Assembly: GCA_904396495.1 (NCBI GenBank)
Contig: CAJFOJ010000034.1
Location: 113-64,112, forward strand
Length of the DNA: 64,000 nucleotides
From: an uncultured Oscillospiraceae bacterium
GTDB lineage: Bacteria; Bacillota; Clostridia; Oscillospirales; Ruminococcaceae
Direction: 5' to 3'
Below are positions 43,003-53,569 of the stretch, piece after piece. Made by a program: the position numbers and the translations under genes. Under the pieces are notes generated by a model. That model was not told the origin of the DNA. It made no database searches and saw only the letters and a list, made by a program, of their open reading frames with translations. Position 1 is the stretch's first letter. Each line of letters starts with the position of its first letter.

Positions 43003-43665
43003 ATGAGGGTATTGGTGATAGCACCACATCCAGACGATGAGATCATTGGAGTGGGAGGGACAATTGTAAAAAGAGTAAAAGCAAGTGATGAAGTTTATGT
43101 ATGTGTTGTCACTAAAGGTCAAGAACCTATGTTTAAAAGAGATTTTATAGAGCAGGGAAGGAATGAATGTAGAGAAGCCGATGCGAAACTTGGCGTTATT
43201 GAAACTTTCTTTTTAGATTTTCCGGCTGTAATGCTTGAAACAGTTCCACGGTATAAACTTAATGGTAAAATATCTGAAATAGTACAGAAACTAAGACCGG
43301 ATGAGGTTTATATACCGCATCGTGGAGATATGCAGCTTGATCATCAGATAGTTGTTGACGCTACAATGGTAGCGGTAAGACCACGTGGTGATTATTATCC
43401 TAAAAGAGTTTATGCGTATGAAACGCTTTCAGAAACAGGATGGAATATTCCAAACACTGTGAATGAGTTCATTCCAACTGTATATGAGGATATTAGTGAT
43501 TTTCTTGAGGCAAAACTAGAAGCGATGAGCGTTTTTGAATCACAGCTTGCCCCATTTCCGGCAGCAAGATCTATCAGGGCAATAGAGGCCTTGGCAAAGT
43601 TCCGAGGTTCCACTGTAAATGTTATGGCTGCAGAAGCATTCAGCCTTATTAGGGAGATAAAGTAG
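43003..43665 (+). CDS. PIG-L/LmbE-family N-deacetylase
   Basis: VLVIAPHPDDEIIGVGGTI signature plus a downstream HRGD..DH. Confidence 0.8.
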   Translation: MRVLVIAPHPDDEIIGVGGTIVKRVKASDEVYVCVVTKGQEPMFKRDFIEQGRNECREADAKLGVIETFFLDFPAVMLETVPRYKLNGKISEIVQKLRPDEVYIPHRGDMQLDHQIVVDATMVAVRPRGDYYPKRVYAYETLSETGWNIPNTVNEFIPTVYEDISDFLEAKLEAMSVFESQLAPFPAARSIRAIEALAKFRGSTVNVMAAEAFSLIREIK

Positions 43666-44259
43666 ATGATGAGGCGAATAAATCTGGTAATGAAAAGATT
43701 TGGCGATCTTCTCGGTAGCGGAATTGGATTGATTATTGTATCTCCAATTTTGTTGATAACTGTTGTGCTTTTAGAAATATGTATGCCTGGCCCTGTATTT
43801 TTCCGGCAAGAACGAGTAGGAAAGAATGGGAAAATTTTTAACATCCTAAAGTTTCGAAGCATGAAAGTAGATAAGATAGCAGAAATGAATCATGATTTTA
43901 CAAAAGATGCAGAACGAATGACTCCCTTTGGAAATATTATCAGAAGATTAAAAATTGACGAATTGCCTCAGATGATTAATGTATTCCGAGGAGACATGTC
44001 ATTGGTTGGGCCTAGACCAACCCTAAAGGAGCAAACAGATTTGTATAATGATTATCAGCGGCAACGTTTGAATATGCGTCCTGGGATGACTGGATTAGCA
44101 CAGGTAAATGGAAATATTTCATTAACATGGGATGAGCGCATAGAATATGATGTTGAGTATATAACAAATTTTTCTATTTTACTGGATCTGAAAATCTTGT
44201 TCAAAACGGTTGCGGTTGTTATTTGTGGGGAAGATAAGTTCAAACATCCAAAAAGGTAA
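43666..44259 (+). CDS. Small monotopic phosphoglycosyl transferase (PglC-like); initiating enzyme of locus 2
   Basis: 197 aa, one N-terminal hydrophobic helix, then PGPVFFRQERVG, KFRSM, DELPQMINVFRGDMSLVGPRP. Confidence 0.85.
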   Translation: MMRRINLVMKRFGDLLGSGIGLIIVSPILLITVVLLEICMPGPVFFRQERVGKNGKIFNILKFRSMKVDKIAEMNHDFTKDAERMTPFGNIIRRLKIDELPQMINVFRGDMSLVGPRPTLKEQTDLYNDYQRQRLNMRPGMTGLAQVNGNISLTWDERIEYDVEYITNFSILLDLKILFKTVAVVICGEDKFKHPKR

Positions 44260-44269
44260 AGGTATGTAA

Positions 44270-45169
44270 ATGAAATCTATATTAATTGGTTCTGTAATAT
44301 CTAGTCAAATTATGCTTGAAGAAATGCTGGAGTCTGGTTTTCCTATTGATTTTGTTTTTTCGCTTGATGAGAAGTATTCTGAAAATGTCTCAGGGTATTA
44401 TCCAATTCATGAAACTGCTGAACAAAGAGGAATTCCTTATAAGAAATTCAGAAAGATAAGTACGGAAGAAAACATAAAGATAATTCAAGAAATTAAACCT
44501 GATTATATCTTTGTGATCGGTTTATCACAGTTAATTGATAAAAGAATCCTTGAGATTCCTAGAAAGGGATGTGTCGGTTTTCATCCTACTCCGCTTCCTA
44601 AATTTAGAGGAAGGGCAGCAATGGTATGGCAAGTATTATTAGGAGTTCATGAAACGAAGTGTACGCTATTTATGCTTGATGAAGGAATGGATTCTGGCGA
44701 TATTCTTGGTCAACAAGAATATACAATTGAAGATACTGACTATGCAGAGGATGTTGAGTTAAAACTCTGTAAAGCATTGAGTACCCTTAGTAAAAAGGTT
44801 TTAAAGGGATTGATTAATGACACTCTTGTGCCAAAAAAACAAAATGAAGATGAAGCTACATATCTATTAATTCGCCGTCCGGAAGATGGGCTAATAGATT
44901 GGAAAGAACCAATTGAAAAAATACACAGACTAATTAGAGCTGTATCACATCCATATCCAGGCGCTTTTGGTATGTATGATGGAAAGCATAAAATCATTAT
45001 ATGGAAAGCTGAAATGCTAGAAAATAAAAATATTATTGGAATTCCAGGACAAATATGCAATGTTTCGGAGAATTATTTTGATATATTAGGAACTGATGGA
45101 ATTATCCGGGTTACAGATTATGAAAATATGGACAACATAAAGCTCTTAGTGGGTCATAAATTAAAGTGA
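44270..45169 (+). CDS. Formyltransferase (Fmt/ArnA-N-like; probable sugar N-formyltransferase)
   Basis: HPTPLPKFRGRAAM (HxSLLPxxRG-type) and MLDEGMDSGDIL motifs, plus a C-terminal Fmt-like domain. Confidence 0.75.
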   Translation: MKSILIGSVISSQIMLEEMLESGFPIDFVFSLDEKYSENVSGYYPIHETAEQRGIPYKKFRKISTEENIKIIQEIKPDYIFVIGLSQLIDKRILEIPRKGCVGFHPTPLPKFRGRAAMVWQVLLGVHETKCTLFMLDEGMDSGDILGQQEYTIEDTDYAEDVELKLCKALSTLSKKVLKGLINDTLVPKKQNEDEATYLLIRRPEDGLIDWKEPIEKIHRLIRAVSHPYPGAFGMYDGKHKIIIWKAEMLENKNIIGIPGQICNVSENYFDILGTDGIIRVTDYENMDNIKLLVGHKLK

Positions 45170-45268
45170 TTTCTCTATAGATCTTTAGATACATGTAGGC
45201 TTTTGATGAAATTTATCTCATAGAAAAAGGCTTTCTGCCATAAGGGAAGGTCAGGTAGAAGAAGTGAA

Positions 45269-45895
45269 ATGAGTGAACAGGTAGTTATAATTGGTGCAAG
45301 TGGACATGGGAAAGTAGTAGCTGATATTATCCAGAATTCCGGTGACCATGTAGTTGGCTTTTTAGATGATGCCCCTGATTCAGCAAGGGATTTTATGGGG
45401 TTTCCTATTTTGGGAAATGTGGACGAGTTTCAAGATTATAAAAATTACAGCTTTGTGGTCGCCATAGGAAATGCGTCAATACGTGAAAAAATAGCAACTA
45501 AACTTTGTGGTGTTAACTGGTATACTGCAATCCATCCATCGGCTATTATTTCCGATATGGAAGTATCCGTAGGCGAGGGAACGGTCATTATGGCTAATGC
45601 GGTAGTTAATGCAGGAACATCTATTGGAAAGCATTGTATTATTAATTCCAGTGCTGTCGTAGAACATGATAATTATATTGAAGATTTTGTACATATATCT
45701 GTCGGTGCAAAGCTTGCTGGAACGGTACGTATTGGGAAAAAAACATGGGTTGGTATTGGAGCAAGTGTGAGCAACAATATATGTGTTTGTGAAAACTGTA
45801 TGATTGGAGCCGGAGCCGTGATTGTGAAGAATATCGAAATAGCCGGTACTTATATAGGCGTGCCAGCGAAAATACTGCAAAAAAGTAACGAATGA
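45269..45895 (+). CDS. PglD/NeuD-family sugar N-acetyltransferase (left-handed beta-helix)
   Basis: N-terminal Rossmann-like IIGASGHGKVVADI followed by hexapeptide repeats. Confidence 0.8.
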   Translation: MSEQVVIIGASGHGKVVADIIQNSGDHVVGFLDDAPDSARDFMGFPILGNVDEFQDYKNYSFVVAIGNASIREKIATKLCGVNWYTAIHPSAIISDMEVSVGEGTVIMANAVVNAGTSIGKHCIINSSAVVEHDNYIEDFVHISVGAKLAGTVRIGKKTWVGIGASVSNNICVCENCMIGAGAVIVKNIEIAGTYIGVPAKILQKSNE

Positions 45896-45903
45896 GGTGC
45901 AAA

Positions 45904-47160
45904 ATGAAAATTTGGCTTATTAATCATTATGCATGTGATATGTACCGCGATAAGGCGGGAAGACATTACTGGTTTGCAAAGCAACTGCTCAAACGGGGAT
46001 ATGATGTCACGATTATTTGTTCCTCGGCCTATTTAAATAGCAATGAACAAACCCTTACAGGAAGGCAAATCCTTGGAATGAAAGAAACTGATGGCATACA
46101 GTTTGTGTTTGTCAAGACTATTTCTGCCACGGGAAACGGTGTGAAAAGAGTGTGGAATATGTACCTCTTTTACCAAAACCTGATGAATTCTTGGAAAAAA
46201 ATTATCAATGTAACCGGGGTTCCAGACGTAATTTTAGCTTCGAGTGTGCACCCTTTGACAATGATTGCCGGCATTCGAATTGCCAAAAAGCTCAAAGTTC
46301 CCTGTATTTGCGAAATCCGAGATTTATGGCCGGAAGGAATTTTCACTGCTAGTGGTTTGAAGCCTACCAGTGTGATCGGCAGATGTCTGATTGCAGGCGA
46401 ACACTGGATTTATAGAAAGGCGGATGCCCTGATATTTACCAAAGAAGGCGATACGGATTATCTTTTGGAAAAAGGATGGACAACTGAACAGGGGGGCGAC
46501 ATTGATTTATCAAAATGCCACTATATCAATAATGGTGTTGATCTGGCACAATTCGATCGTTCCCTCCAAACTTATGTTTTAAATGATGATTTGCTAAAAC
46601 GAAATGTTTTTAAGGTTGTATATACAGGTACGATTAGACCGACAAACAACGTGAACTTAATTGTGGAAGCTGCAAACATACTGAAAAGACGTTCTGATAT
46701 TGTATTTTTAATATACGGTGAAGGAAATCAGCAGCAGCAATTGAAAGAAAAAGCCCAAAAGCTGGGGCTATCAAATGTGTATTTTCAAGGAAGGGTCGAA
46801 AGAAAATACATCCCCTATATTTTGAGCATGGCGGATGTTAATCTACTCAATTATTCTGCTGAGTACACCTGGAAAAGGGGAAACAGCTCCAATAAGCTCT
46901 TTGAGTATATGGCCAGCGGAAAACCCGTTATTTCGACTGTTCAGATGGGCTATTCTATTATCAATCAATATCAATGTGGTATTGAGCTTGAAGAATGTAC
47001 CCCGGAAGAGCTTGCAAAGGCTGTTGTAAAGTTTTATGACATGTCACGGGACGAGCTCCAAAAGTATGGAGATAACGCCAGAAAAGGAGCATCAGATTTT
47101 GACTTTGACGTCCTGACAGATAAATTGGAGCAGGTGATAGAGGAAGTGAAAAAGGGTTGA
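45904..47160 (+). CDS. Glycosyltransferase, GT4 (WbuB-like)
   Basis: MKIWLINHYA start typical of WbuB-type GTs. NKLFEYMASGKPVI near the C-terminus. Confidence 0.75.
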   Translation: MKIWLINHYACDMYRDKAGRHYWFAKQLLKRGYDVTIICSSAYLNSNEQTLTGRQILGMKETDGIQFVFVKTISATGNGVKRVWNMYLFYQNLMNSWKKIINVTGVPDVILASSVHPLTMIAGIRIAKKLKVPCICEIRDLWPEGIFTASGLKPTSVIGRCLIAGEHWIYRKADALIFTKEGDTDYLLEKGWTTEQGGDIDLSKCHYINNGVDLAQFDRSLQTYVLNDDLLKRNVFKVVYTGTIRPTNNVNLIVEAANILKRRSDIVFLIYGEGNQQQQLKEKAQKLGLSNVYFQGRVERKYIPYILSMADVNLLNYSAEYTWKRGNSSNKLFEYMASGKPVISTVQMGYSIINQYQCGIELEECTPEELAKAVVKFYDMSRDELQKYGDNARKGASDFDFDVLTDKLEQVIEEVKKG

Positions 47161-47286
47161 ATAGTAAGGCGTTTGTAAAGTCCATTAAATGATGGTTGAA
47201 CACAATTGGGTTCCGACGACAAACTCGCAATAAGCTAGGAGAGAACCAATTAATGGTTAAAATATGCAAGAAAGAGGGAAAGACAA

Positions 47287-48510
47287 ATGGTTAATGTAAT
47301 CGGATTAGGGTATATTGGACTGCCAACAGCACTCATGATGGCCTCTCACGGTGTGGAGGTAATCGGCACTGATTATAACGAAGAATTGGTTAAGACACTC
47401 AATGCTGGAAAAACTACATTTAAAGAAGAAGGATTAGATGAGCTATTCCATGACGCCTTAAAATCAGGCGTCAAATTTAGCACCAAGTACCAGGTGACGG
47501 ATACTTACATTGTCTCCGTGCCCACTCCTTATGATAAGTTCAGTAAAAAAGTAGATGCCTGCTATGTGGTATCAGCAGTGCAAAGTGTTTTGGACGTTTG
47601 CCCAAAAGGGGCGACAATTGTAATTGAATCAACAGTTTCTCCCGGTACAATTAACAAATTTGTAAGACCTGTAATTAAGAAAAACGGGTTTAAGATTGGT
47701 GAGGACATCAACCTGGTTCACGCACCGGAACGCATTATACCGGGTAACATGGTGTATGAACTTTTGCATAATAACCGTACCATTGGCGCTGACGACAAGG
47801 CGATTGGCGAAAAGATAAAGAAGCTATACGCTTCTTTCTGTCAGGGAGAAATCGTCGTTACTGATATTCGGACCGCCGAGATGACCAAGGTAGTTGAGAA
47901 TACCTTCCGTGCGGTAAACATCGCTTTTGCAAACGAGCTTGCTAAAATCTGCCGTCATGACAACATGGACGTTTATGAAATTATCAAGATATGTAACATG
48001 CATCCTCGCGTTAATATTCTCCAGCCTGGACCGGGAGTGGGTGGTCACTGTATCTCTGTCGACCCATGGTTTTTGGTAGGAGATTACCCGAGCCTCGCCA
48101 AAGTGATCGACGAATCGATGAAAACCAATGACGAGATGCCGGATTTTGTGCTAAACCGTATCTATGAGATTATGGCAGAAAAGGGGATGACTGATATCAG
48201 TAAGGTAGGACTATATGGCCTTACATATAAAGAAAATGTAGACGATATGCGTGAATCCCCAACCCTTCAGATGCTGGAGTCGATGGAACGGCATCTTTGC
48301 GGAAACTTAGTGAAAATCTACGATCCTTTTATTACAAAGGATGTTGTCCCCAATCAGGTGCATGATTTGGATCTGTTTTTAAACGAGGTAGATTTGGTGG
48401 TTCTGTTGGTAGGACACGACGAAATCAAACAGAATATGGACAAGTTAAAGGAAAAAGTGGTATTGGATACCAGAAATATCTGTCATTTAGAAGGAACTTA
48501 CAAACTTTGA
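47287..48510 (+). CDS. wecC: UDP-N-acetyl-D-mannosamine dehydrogenase-type nucleotide-sugar dehydrogenase
   Basis: VIGLGYIGLPTA Rossmann start and a catalytic GPGVGGHCISVDP block. Confidence 0.8.
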   Translation: MVNVIGLGYIGLPTALMMASHGVEVIGTDYNEELVKTLNAGKTTFKEEGLDELFHDALKSGVKFSTKYQVTDTYIVSVPTPYDKFSKKVDACYVVSAVQSVLDVCPKGATIVIESTVSPGTINKFVRPVIKKNGFKIGEDINLVHAPERIIPGNMVYELLHNNRTIGADDKAIGEKIKKLYASFCQGEIVVTDIRTAEMTKVVENTFRAVNIAFANELAKICRHDNMDVYEIIKICNMHPRVNILQPGPGVGGHCISVDPWFLVGDYPSLAKVIDESMKTNDEMPDFVLNRIYEIMAEKGMTDISKVGLYGLTYKENVDDMRESPTLQMLESMERHLCGNLVKIYDPFITKDVVPNQVHDLDLFLNEVDLVVLLVGHDEIKQNMDKLKEKVVLDTRNICHLEGTYKL

Positions 48511-48639
48511 GATTTTGTCGATATTTTTCAACGCCATGTGCCTTGGAAATTCGAACTATTAGAGTGCAAAGACGACGTAGAAGTCTAGGGATTAATAAGG
48601 CCTGGAGTTGAAATTTACAACAACTATTGGAGGAAATAG

Positions 48640-49797
48640 ATGAAGAGTCACCATAAAAATCTTTCATGTAACACTTGTTTTTTATTGACCCATGTGCCTA
48701 ATCCGAGAATGAATAAACGTATAGGCGCTTTTCTAGAATTTGGGAAGGTTAGCGTTATTTGTACGCGGCGAAAAAGTAAAAATATATGGGAACCGGAGTA
48801 TACAGAGGTAGATCATTATATTTTTGATATCGATTTGCCCAGCTCAAAACATTTATTAAAAAGAGCCCTTGTGTCACAGAGTTACCAGAAAAAGGCGCTA
48901 AAACTATTAAGGAAAATAAAGCCGTCAGTTATTTATACAGAAGGGCTGGATTCTTTGATGATAGCCAATAAGTATAAGAAGAAGGACAAAGCAGTTAAAA
49001 TTATTTTTGAGGTGCCGGATTTAAGAGAGGCATATATTGCAGATAATCCAAATGCTTTGCAAAGAATCGTCGCTAGTCTAGAAAGAAAATATCTGAAAGA
49101 TATCTCCATTCTTGTTGTCACTTCTATGAAATTCTACGATGTACGTTATAGTCAATTTATCGATAAATCAAAAGTTGTGTTTTTACCCAATATGCCGGAG
49201 CGGAGTGCCTTTGACGGTTATAAGAAAATACAAAGGGACGAGTTCACAATAGGTTTTATCGGCGGGATACGCTATATGAAGCAAATGAAAAATTTGGTGA
49301 ATGCAGCAAAAAAAGCTAACTGTAAAACTCTTTTTGCAGGAGCTGCGGTGAATCAAAAGGATTATCAGGAGCTCGTGGACTGTTGTCATGACGATCCCAA
49401 TTTTGTATTTACAGGTAAGTATGTATATAAGAGGGATATCGCCAATTTATACGCTATGGTAGATTGCGTATTTTCCGTTTATGACGCGGATAATCCAAAC
49501 GTGCGCATTGCTTTGCCAAATAAGCTCTATGAAGCGATTTTGTGCGAACTGCCCATCATTGTGGCAAAGGGGACGTATTTAGCGGAGCTTGTAGACGAGT
49601 GGGGTGTTGGCGTTGCGGTCAGCCACAAAGACGAAGATGAACTAGTTGACGCCATCCGAAGACTGAAAGAGGATAAGGCGTTCTATCAGTCAATTGTGGA
49701 AAACTGTAAGAAACAACGTGATATCCTATTTCAGAGAGATATATATGAGGAGATGCGCGATCAGTTTTCTAAACACTTACTGGAAAGTGGTGTATAA
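48640..49797 (+). CDS. Glycosyltransferase, GT4-like
   Basis: 385-aa ORF with a C-terminal ALPNKLYEAILCELPIIV donor-binding-type segment. Confidence 0.65.
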   Translation: MKSHHKNLSCNTCFLLTHVPNPRMNKRIGAFLEFGKVSVICTRRKSKNIWEPEYTEVDHYIFDIDLPSSKHLLKRALVSQSYQKKALKLLRKIKPSVIYTEGLDSLMIANKYKKKDKAVKIIFEVPDLREAYIADNPNALQRIVASLERKYLKDISILVVTSMKFYDVRYSQFIDKSKVVFLPNMPERSAFDGYKKIQRDEFTIGFIGGIRYMKQMKNLVNAAKKANCKTLFAGAAVNQKDYQELVDCCHDDPNFVFTGKYVYKRDIANLYAMVDCVFSVYDADNPNVRIALPNKLYEAILCELPIIVAKGTYLAELVDEWGVGVAVSHKDEDELVDAIRRLKEDKAFYQSIVENCKKQRDILFQRDIYEEMRDQFSKHLLESGV

Positions 49798-49802
49798 ATT
49801 CT

Positions 49803-51023
49803 ATGCGGAAACATATTCTATTATTTAGCCACAATACCCATGCGTTTATTTTGAGCGACTTAAAGTGGGCGGTAAAAAGTTTTGAAAAAGTGGTATTGCT
49901 CTGCCCATATTCAGAAGAAATTCAAAAGAGATGCGATGAATTTCAGAATGTAAAATTTATTCCCTTAAAAAAGAAAAGCCTTGGCAATATGATAAGTGGT
50001 TTTTTTGACCAGGAAAACCAGATGGTTCGGAAAGATTTGTTTTCGGTTGTGAAAGAGGGAAAGTTGTCTATTTTGTACCTGAAAATCATGGGGACTTACA
50101 TGGATTGTGCAAGACAGCTCTTGGACACTCTGGACAGTTTAGATATATCCTCAGGAGAAGAGTGGGTCGTATTGTCTTTGTGGTTTAGCGCTACTTCATA
50201 TGCGGCTTGCAAAGCAAAAGAAAAATATAAAAAGTTAGCCATCGTCTCTTTGGCCCATTCCTTTGAAGTAGACTCCCTCAAAAACAGATATATCAATCAT
50301 TTTTACAAAGAGTACTGTCATCGAATGCTTGACAAGATCAGTTTTATCAGTGAAAATGTGATGGAAGATTATCTTCAAAATTATGCCAAACCGCTGGGGT
50401 GGAATTTTGATCATGTTCAAGTGGATTATTTAGGTGTGGAAAAGCGAAATGAAGGCGTTTCAGGCTATCATCATGCGGAGCCTTACCATATTGTTTCCTG
50501 TAGCCATTGCGTTCCGGTGAAAAGGATTGAACTTATTATAGAAGGGTTGAAACAGATTGCCGATATTAGGATCAAGTGGTCTCATATTGGCGGTGGGCCT
50601 GAATGGAAACGGCTTCAGATGCTTTCAAAGGGAGTAACCCAAAATATCGATGTGTGCTGGGTTGGGAGCATGTCCAACGAGAAAGTGCATCAATTTTTGG
50701 CCGGTAACTCTATCGACGCTTTTTTAAACGTCAGTTCATCAGAGGGCTTGCCTGTGTCTATGATGGAAGCAATCGCGTACGGTATACCCGTTATAGCGAC
50801 GGACGTGGGAGGCAATCGGGAGGTCGTCTCGGACTCGAATGGAATATTGTTGCCCTCATCGCCGAGCTCAGATGAACTTGTTTCCGCTATTAAAACTCTA
50901 CTACTTATGCAAGAGGAACAGAAAATATCTCTGCGGAAAAATGCGGTGCAGACATATGAGCAAAAATTTATGGCGGAACATATCAGAATAAAATTTTACA
51001 ATGAATTAAAGATGATTGGGTAA
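49803..51023 (+). CDS. Glycosyltransferase, GT4-like
   Basis: SSSEGLPVSMMEAIAYGIPVIATDVGG motif. Confidence 0.75.
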   Translation: MRKHILLFSHNTHAFILSDLKWAVKSFEKVVLLCPYSEEIQKRCDEFQNVKFIPLKKKSLGNMISGFFDQENQMVRKDLFSVVKEGKLSILYLKIMGTYMDCARQLLDTLDSLDISSGEEWVVLSLWFSATSYAACKAKEKYKKLAIVSLAHSFEVDSLKNRYINHFYKEYCHRMLDKISFISENVMEDYLQNYAKPLGWNFDHVQVDYLGVEKRNEGVSGYHHAEPYHIVSCSHCVPVKRIELIIEGLKQIADIRIKWSHIGGGPEWKRLQMLSKGVTQNIDVCWVGSMSNEKVHQFLAGNSIDAFLNVSSSEGLPVSMMEAIAYGIPVIATDVGGNREVVSDSNGILLPSSPSSDELVSAIKTLLLMQEEQKISLRKNAVQTYEQKFMAEHIRIKFYNELKMIG

Positions 51024-51037
51024 TTAAGGAAACTGTT

Positions 51038-52366
51038 ATGAGCTATTTATTTGATCTACCGACTCTATTTATCACGACCTATTGGGGAATCAAAAACTTA
51101 AAGAATATTTCATCTAGTAGCAGATATTTGCTTTATTACATTTTTTTCTTTGTGTTTGCTGTTCCCCTATATTTAGATTATATTGTTGGATTCCCGGCTT
51201 ATTCTACACTTTCTTTTCCTAGCAGATACTGGGGGTTCATAGAGTCGTATGATAATTTGCTCACCAGAGTTTTTTATGATGTATTTTTGCTCTTTTTTCA
51301 ATTTGTTATTTTAAATTGGCAGAAACGAAAGACACTTGCCATCTTACAAATGCAACAGGAAACAGTGCTATACGAGGAAGGGTTTTCTAATCAGGTTAAA
51401 TATATATCCATCGTAATTGCGTTGTTTACTCCTTTCCTCACTGTTTTGCTGGGACAGCAGCAAATACTCTTTGCCTTTGGGTGGAGGGATGCGGGGAATT
51501 ATAGTACTATTTTTGATACTGGATACTATTCCATCCTTGAAAAGTTATCTTATTTAGGTGTGACAGCGTCATTGTTTTTAATCATGATGAAGGTGACGAA
51601 AAAGGGGATATCTGCTTATCTGCTAAAATTACTGGCAATTCTCTGTTTGATTATGAATATTTGCATTGAATCAAAGCGTTCCATCATTTTTTTCTGCTTT
51701 ATCGTTGTCATCATCATCCGGGCGTTTGGCTTTGATAAACCGATAAAACCTTTTCGGCTTTTGCTTGCAATAGGATGCTTATTGGGAATCGTAATATTAC
51801 TCAGTGTTATTGTTAAAACATCCTATCGAGGCTATACTGATTTTGATTCGTTGTATACAACTTTGAGAATAGACATGTTCCGGGACGATACGGTCAAGAT
51901 GGCCCTTTATTCTACTTTCCACAGAGATAGAATATCAATTTTATCCTATCCTTTTGAAAGTTATCTTATGCAGATCCGTTCTATCTTCCCCTTAGATATC
52001 ATTTCTGGTTTGGGAATACTCGACATTCCCGGAGTGGGGTATAATACCTATTTCACATGTGCGCTGGCTCATGTTGACCTGAGCTATGGATATAATTGGA
52101 TGACTACTTCGATGTTTGACGAGTTGATTGCCAATTTTGGCATAATTGGAATATTAATAGCACCATTTATCTGTGTAAAGATTTCCCAGAAGATCGATTC
52201 TTTGAAAAAATTTGAGAAAATATTATGGTTGAGCGCGGTGGTGCTCCTGTTTATGTATTCCTTAAATTACATTATGTATTTTCTGGAGGGTACCTTCATT
52301 ATTACCCTACTGCTCAAGCGTCAATCGCGGAAAAAATCCGATAGCTGCATCGCCGGGCTTTCGTAA
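51038..52366 (+). CDS. Wzy-type polymerase (polytopic membrane protein)
   Basis: 442 aa, very AT-rich codons, about 10+ hydrophobic segments. Lies inside the GT cassette. Confidence 0.6.
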   Translation: MSYLFDLPTLFITTYWGIKNLKNISSSSRYLLYYIFFFVFAVPLYLDYIVGFPAYSTLSFPSRYWGFIESYDNLLTRVFYDVFLLFFQFVILNWQKRKTLAILQMQQETVLYEEGFSNQVKYISIVIALFTPFLTVLLGQQQILFAFGWRDAGNYSTIFDTGYYSILEKLSYLGVTASLFLIMMKVTKKGISAYLLKLLAILCLIMNICIESKRSIIFFCFIVVIIIRAFGFDKPIKPFRLLLAIGCLLGIVILLSVIVKTSYRGYTDFDSLYTTLRIDMFRDDTVKMALYSTFHRDRISILSYPFESYLMQIRSIFPLDIISGLGILDIPGVGYNTYFTCALAHVDLSYGYNWMTTSMFDELIANFGIIGILIAPFICVKISQKIDSLKKFEKILWLSAVVLLFMYSLNYIMYFLEGTFIITLLLKRQSRKKSDSCIAGLS

Positions 52367-52396
52367 CCAATGCTAACGCTAATATTGAGGTGAATT

Positions 52397-53560
52397 ATGA
52401 AAACTGCGATTTTTTTGTATTCAGACAAAATGCCAAATCGGGGAGGGCCTTCCGGTTATTTGTATAATTTGTATGAGGGCTTTTCAGAAATGCAAGCCGT
52501 GCCAGATTTTATCTGTATTCAAAAAATGTCTAATACCTCTCAACAAGGAGAAGTCAAAAAGAAAAATTTATCTGCTGCTTTGTTAGAGTTAAGGGCTTTG
52601 GCTTATTTTGTCAAAATATCTTTTAAAATGAAAAAAGAATTGCGGGGCAGATTGTCTGGTTATGATTTGATTCATACCCATAGTTTGACAGACGCTTTCA
52701 ATCTTAGAAGAGTATGTGGTTATCGAGGAAAGTTAATTTTAACCCCCCATCACCCCGAGCCTATAGCTAACGAAAAGGTAAAAGAATTAGAGGTAAAAGC
52801 AAAAGGAAATTATTATTTTGTTAGAAAATTGTTTGAGTATGTCCAGAAAAAAGCATTTGCTTATGTGGACGGTTTCATTTTTCCCAGTAAAGGCGCCATG
52901 CAGATTTATCATTCCTTTCAAGGGTTTACAGAACAGGCAAAAGGAAAACCTATCGAATATGTTTATACGGGCGTCGCGAAACCGAATATTACGCTCGATC
53001 GTGAAGCTTACCGCAAAGAACATGGTATTCCACAGGACGCTTTTGTAATCGCTTATGTGGGACGTCACAACTGGATTAAAGGGTATGACCGTCTTGTCCA
53101 TTTATTTCCCAAAATGAAAGAATCAAACATGCAAGTTGTTGTAGCTGGTGGAATTAATGGTTGGGATTACCCAAAGGACGCCGCGTGGATGGAACTGGGA
53201 TATATCACTGATGCGGCGAACTTGATGAATGCGGCGGATGTAATTGCAATCCCAAATCGAAATACCTATTTTGATTTGGTGATCATTGAGGCGCTATCTC
53301 TTGGAAAAATCGTGATTTCATCCAACACGGGCGGCAATGTGGACATTGCTCAGAAAACGGATGGATTAATCCTTTTTGACAACGAGAGGGAAGAATCTTT
53401 ATTTGACGCAATACTACGTGTAAAAGAAATGGATGAGATGGAAAGAAAGCGATTAGAAAATGCCTCCCAGGAGTTTTACTACAATTACAGTACCATCGAC
53501 AAATTTGCAAGCGGATATTTGAATGCATTACACAAAATTTGTAAAAAACTATTTCATTAG
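52397..53560 (+). CDS. Glycosyltransferase, GT4-like
   Basis: PNRNTYFDLVIIEALSLGKIVISSNTGG motif. Confidence 0.7.
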   Translation: MKTAIFLYSDKMPNRGGPSGYLYNLYEGFSEMQAVPDFICIQKMSNTSQQGEVKKKNLSAALLELRALAYFVKISFKMKKELRGRLSGYDLIHTHSLTDAFNLRRVCGYRGKLILTPHHPEPIANEKVKELEVKAKGNYYFVRKLFEYVQKKAFAYVDGFIFPSKGAMQIYHSFQGFTEQAKGKPIEYVYTGVAKPNITLDREAYRKEHGIPQDAFVIAYVGRHNWIKGYDRLVHLFPKMKESNMQVVVAGGINGWDYPKDAAWMELGYITDAANLMNAADVIAIPNRNTYFDLVIIEALSLGKIVISSNTGGNVDIAQKTDGLILFDNEREESLFDAILRVKEMDEMERKRLENASQEFYYNYSTIDKFASGYLNALHKICKKLFH

Positions 53561-53569
53561 AGGGTACCG

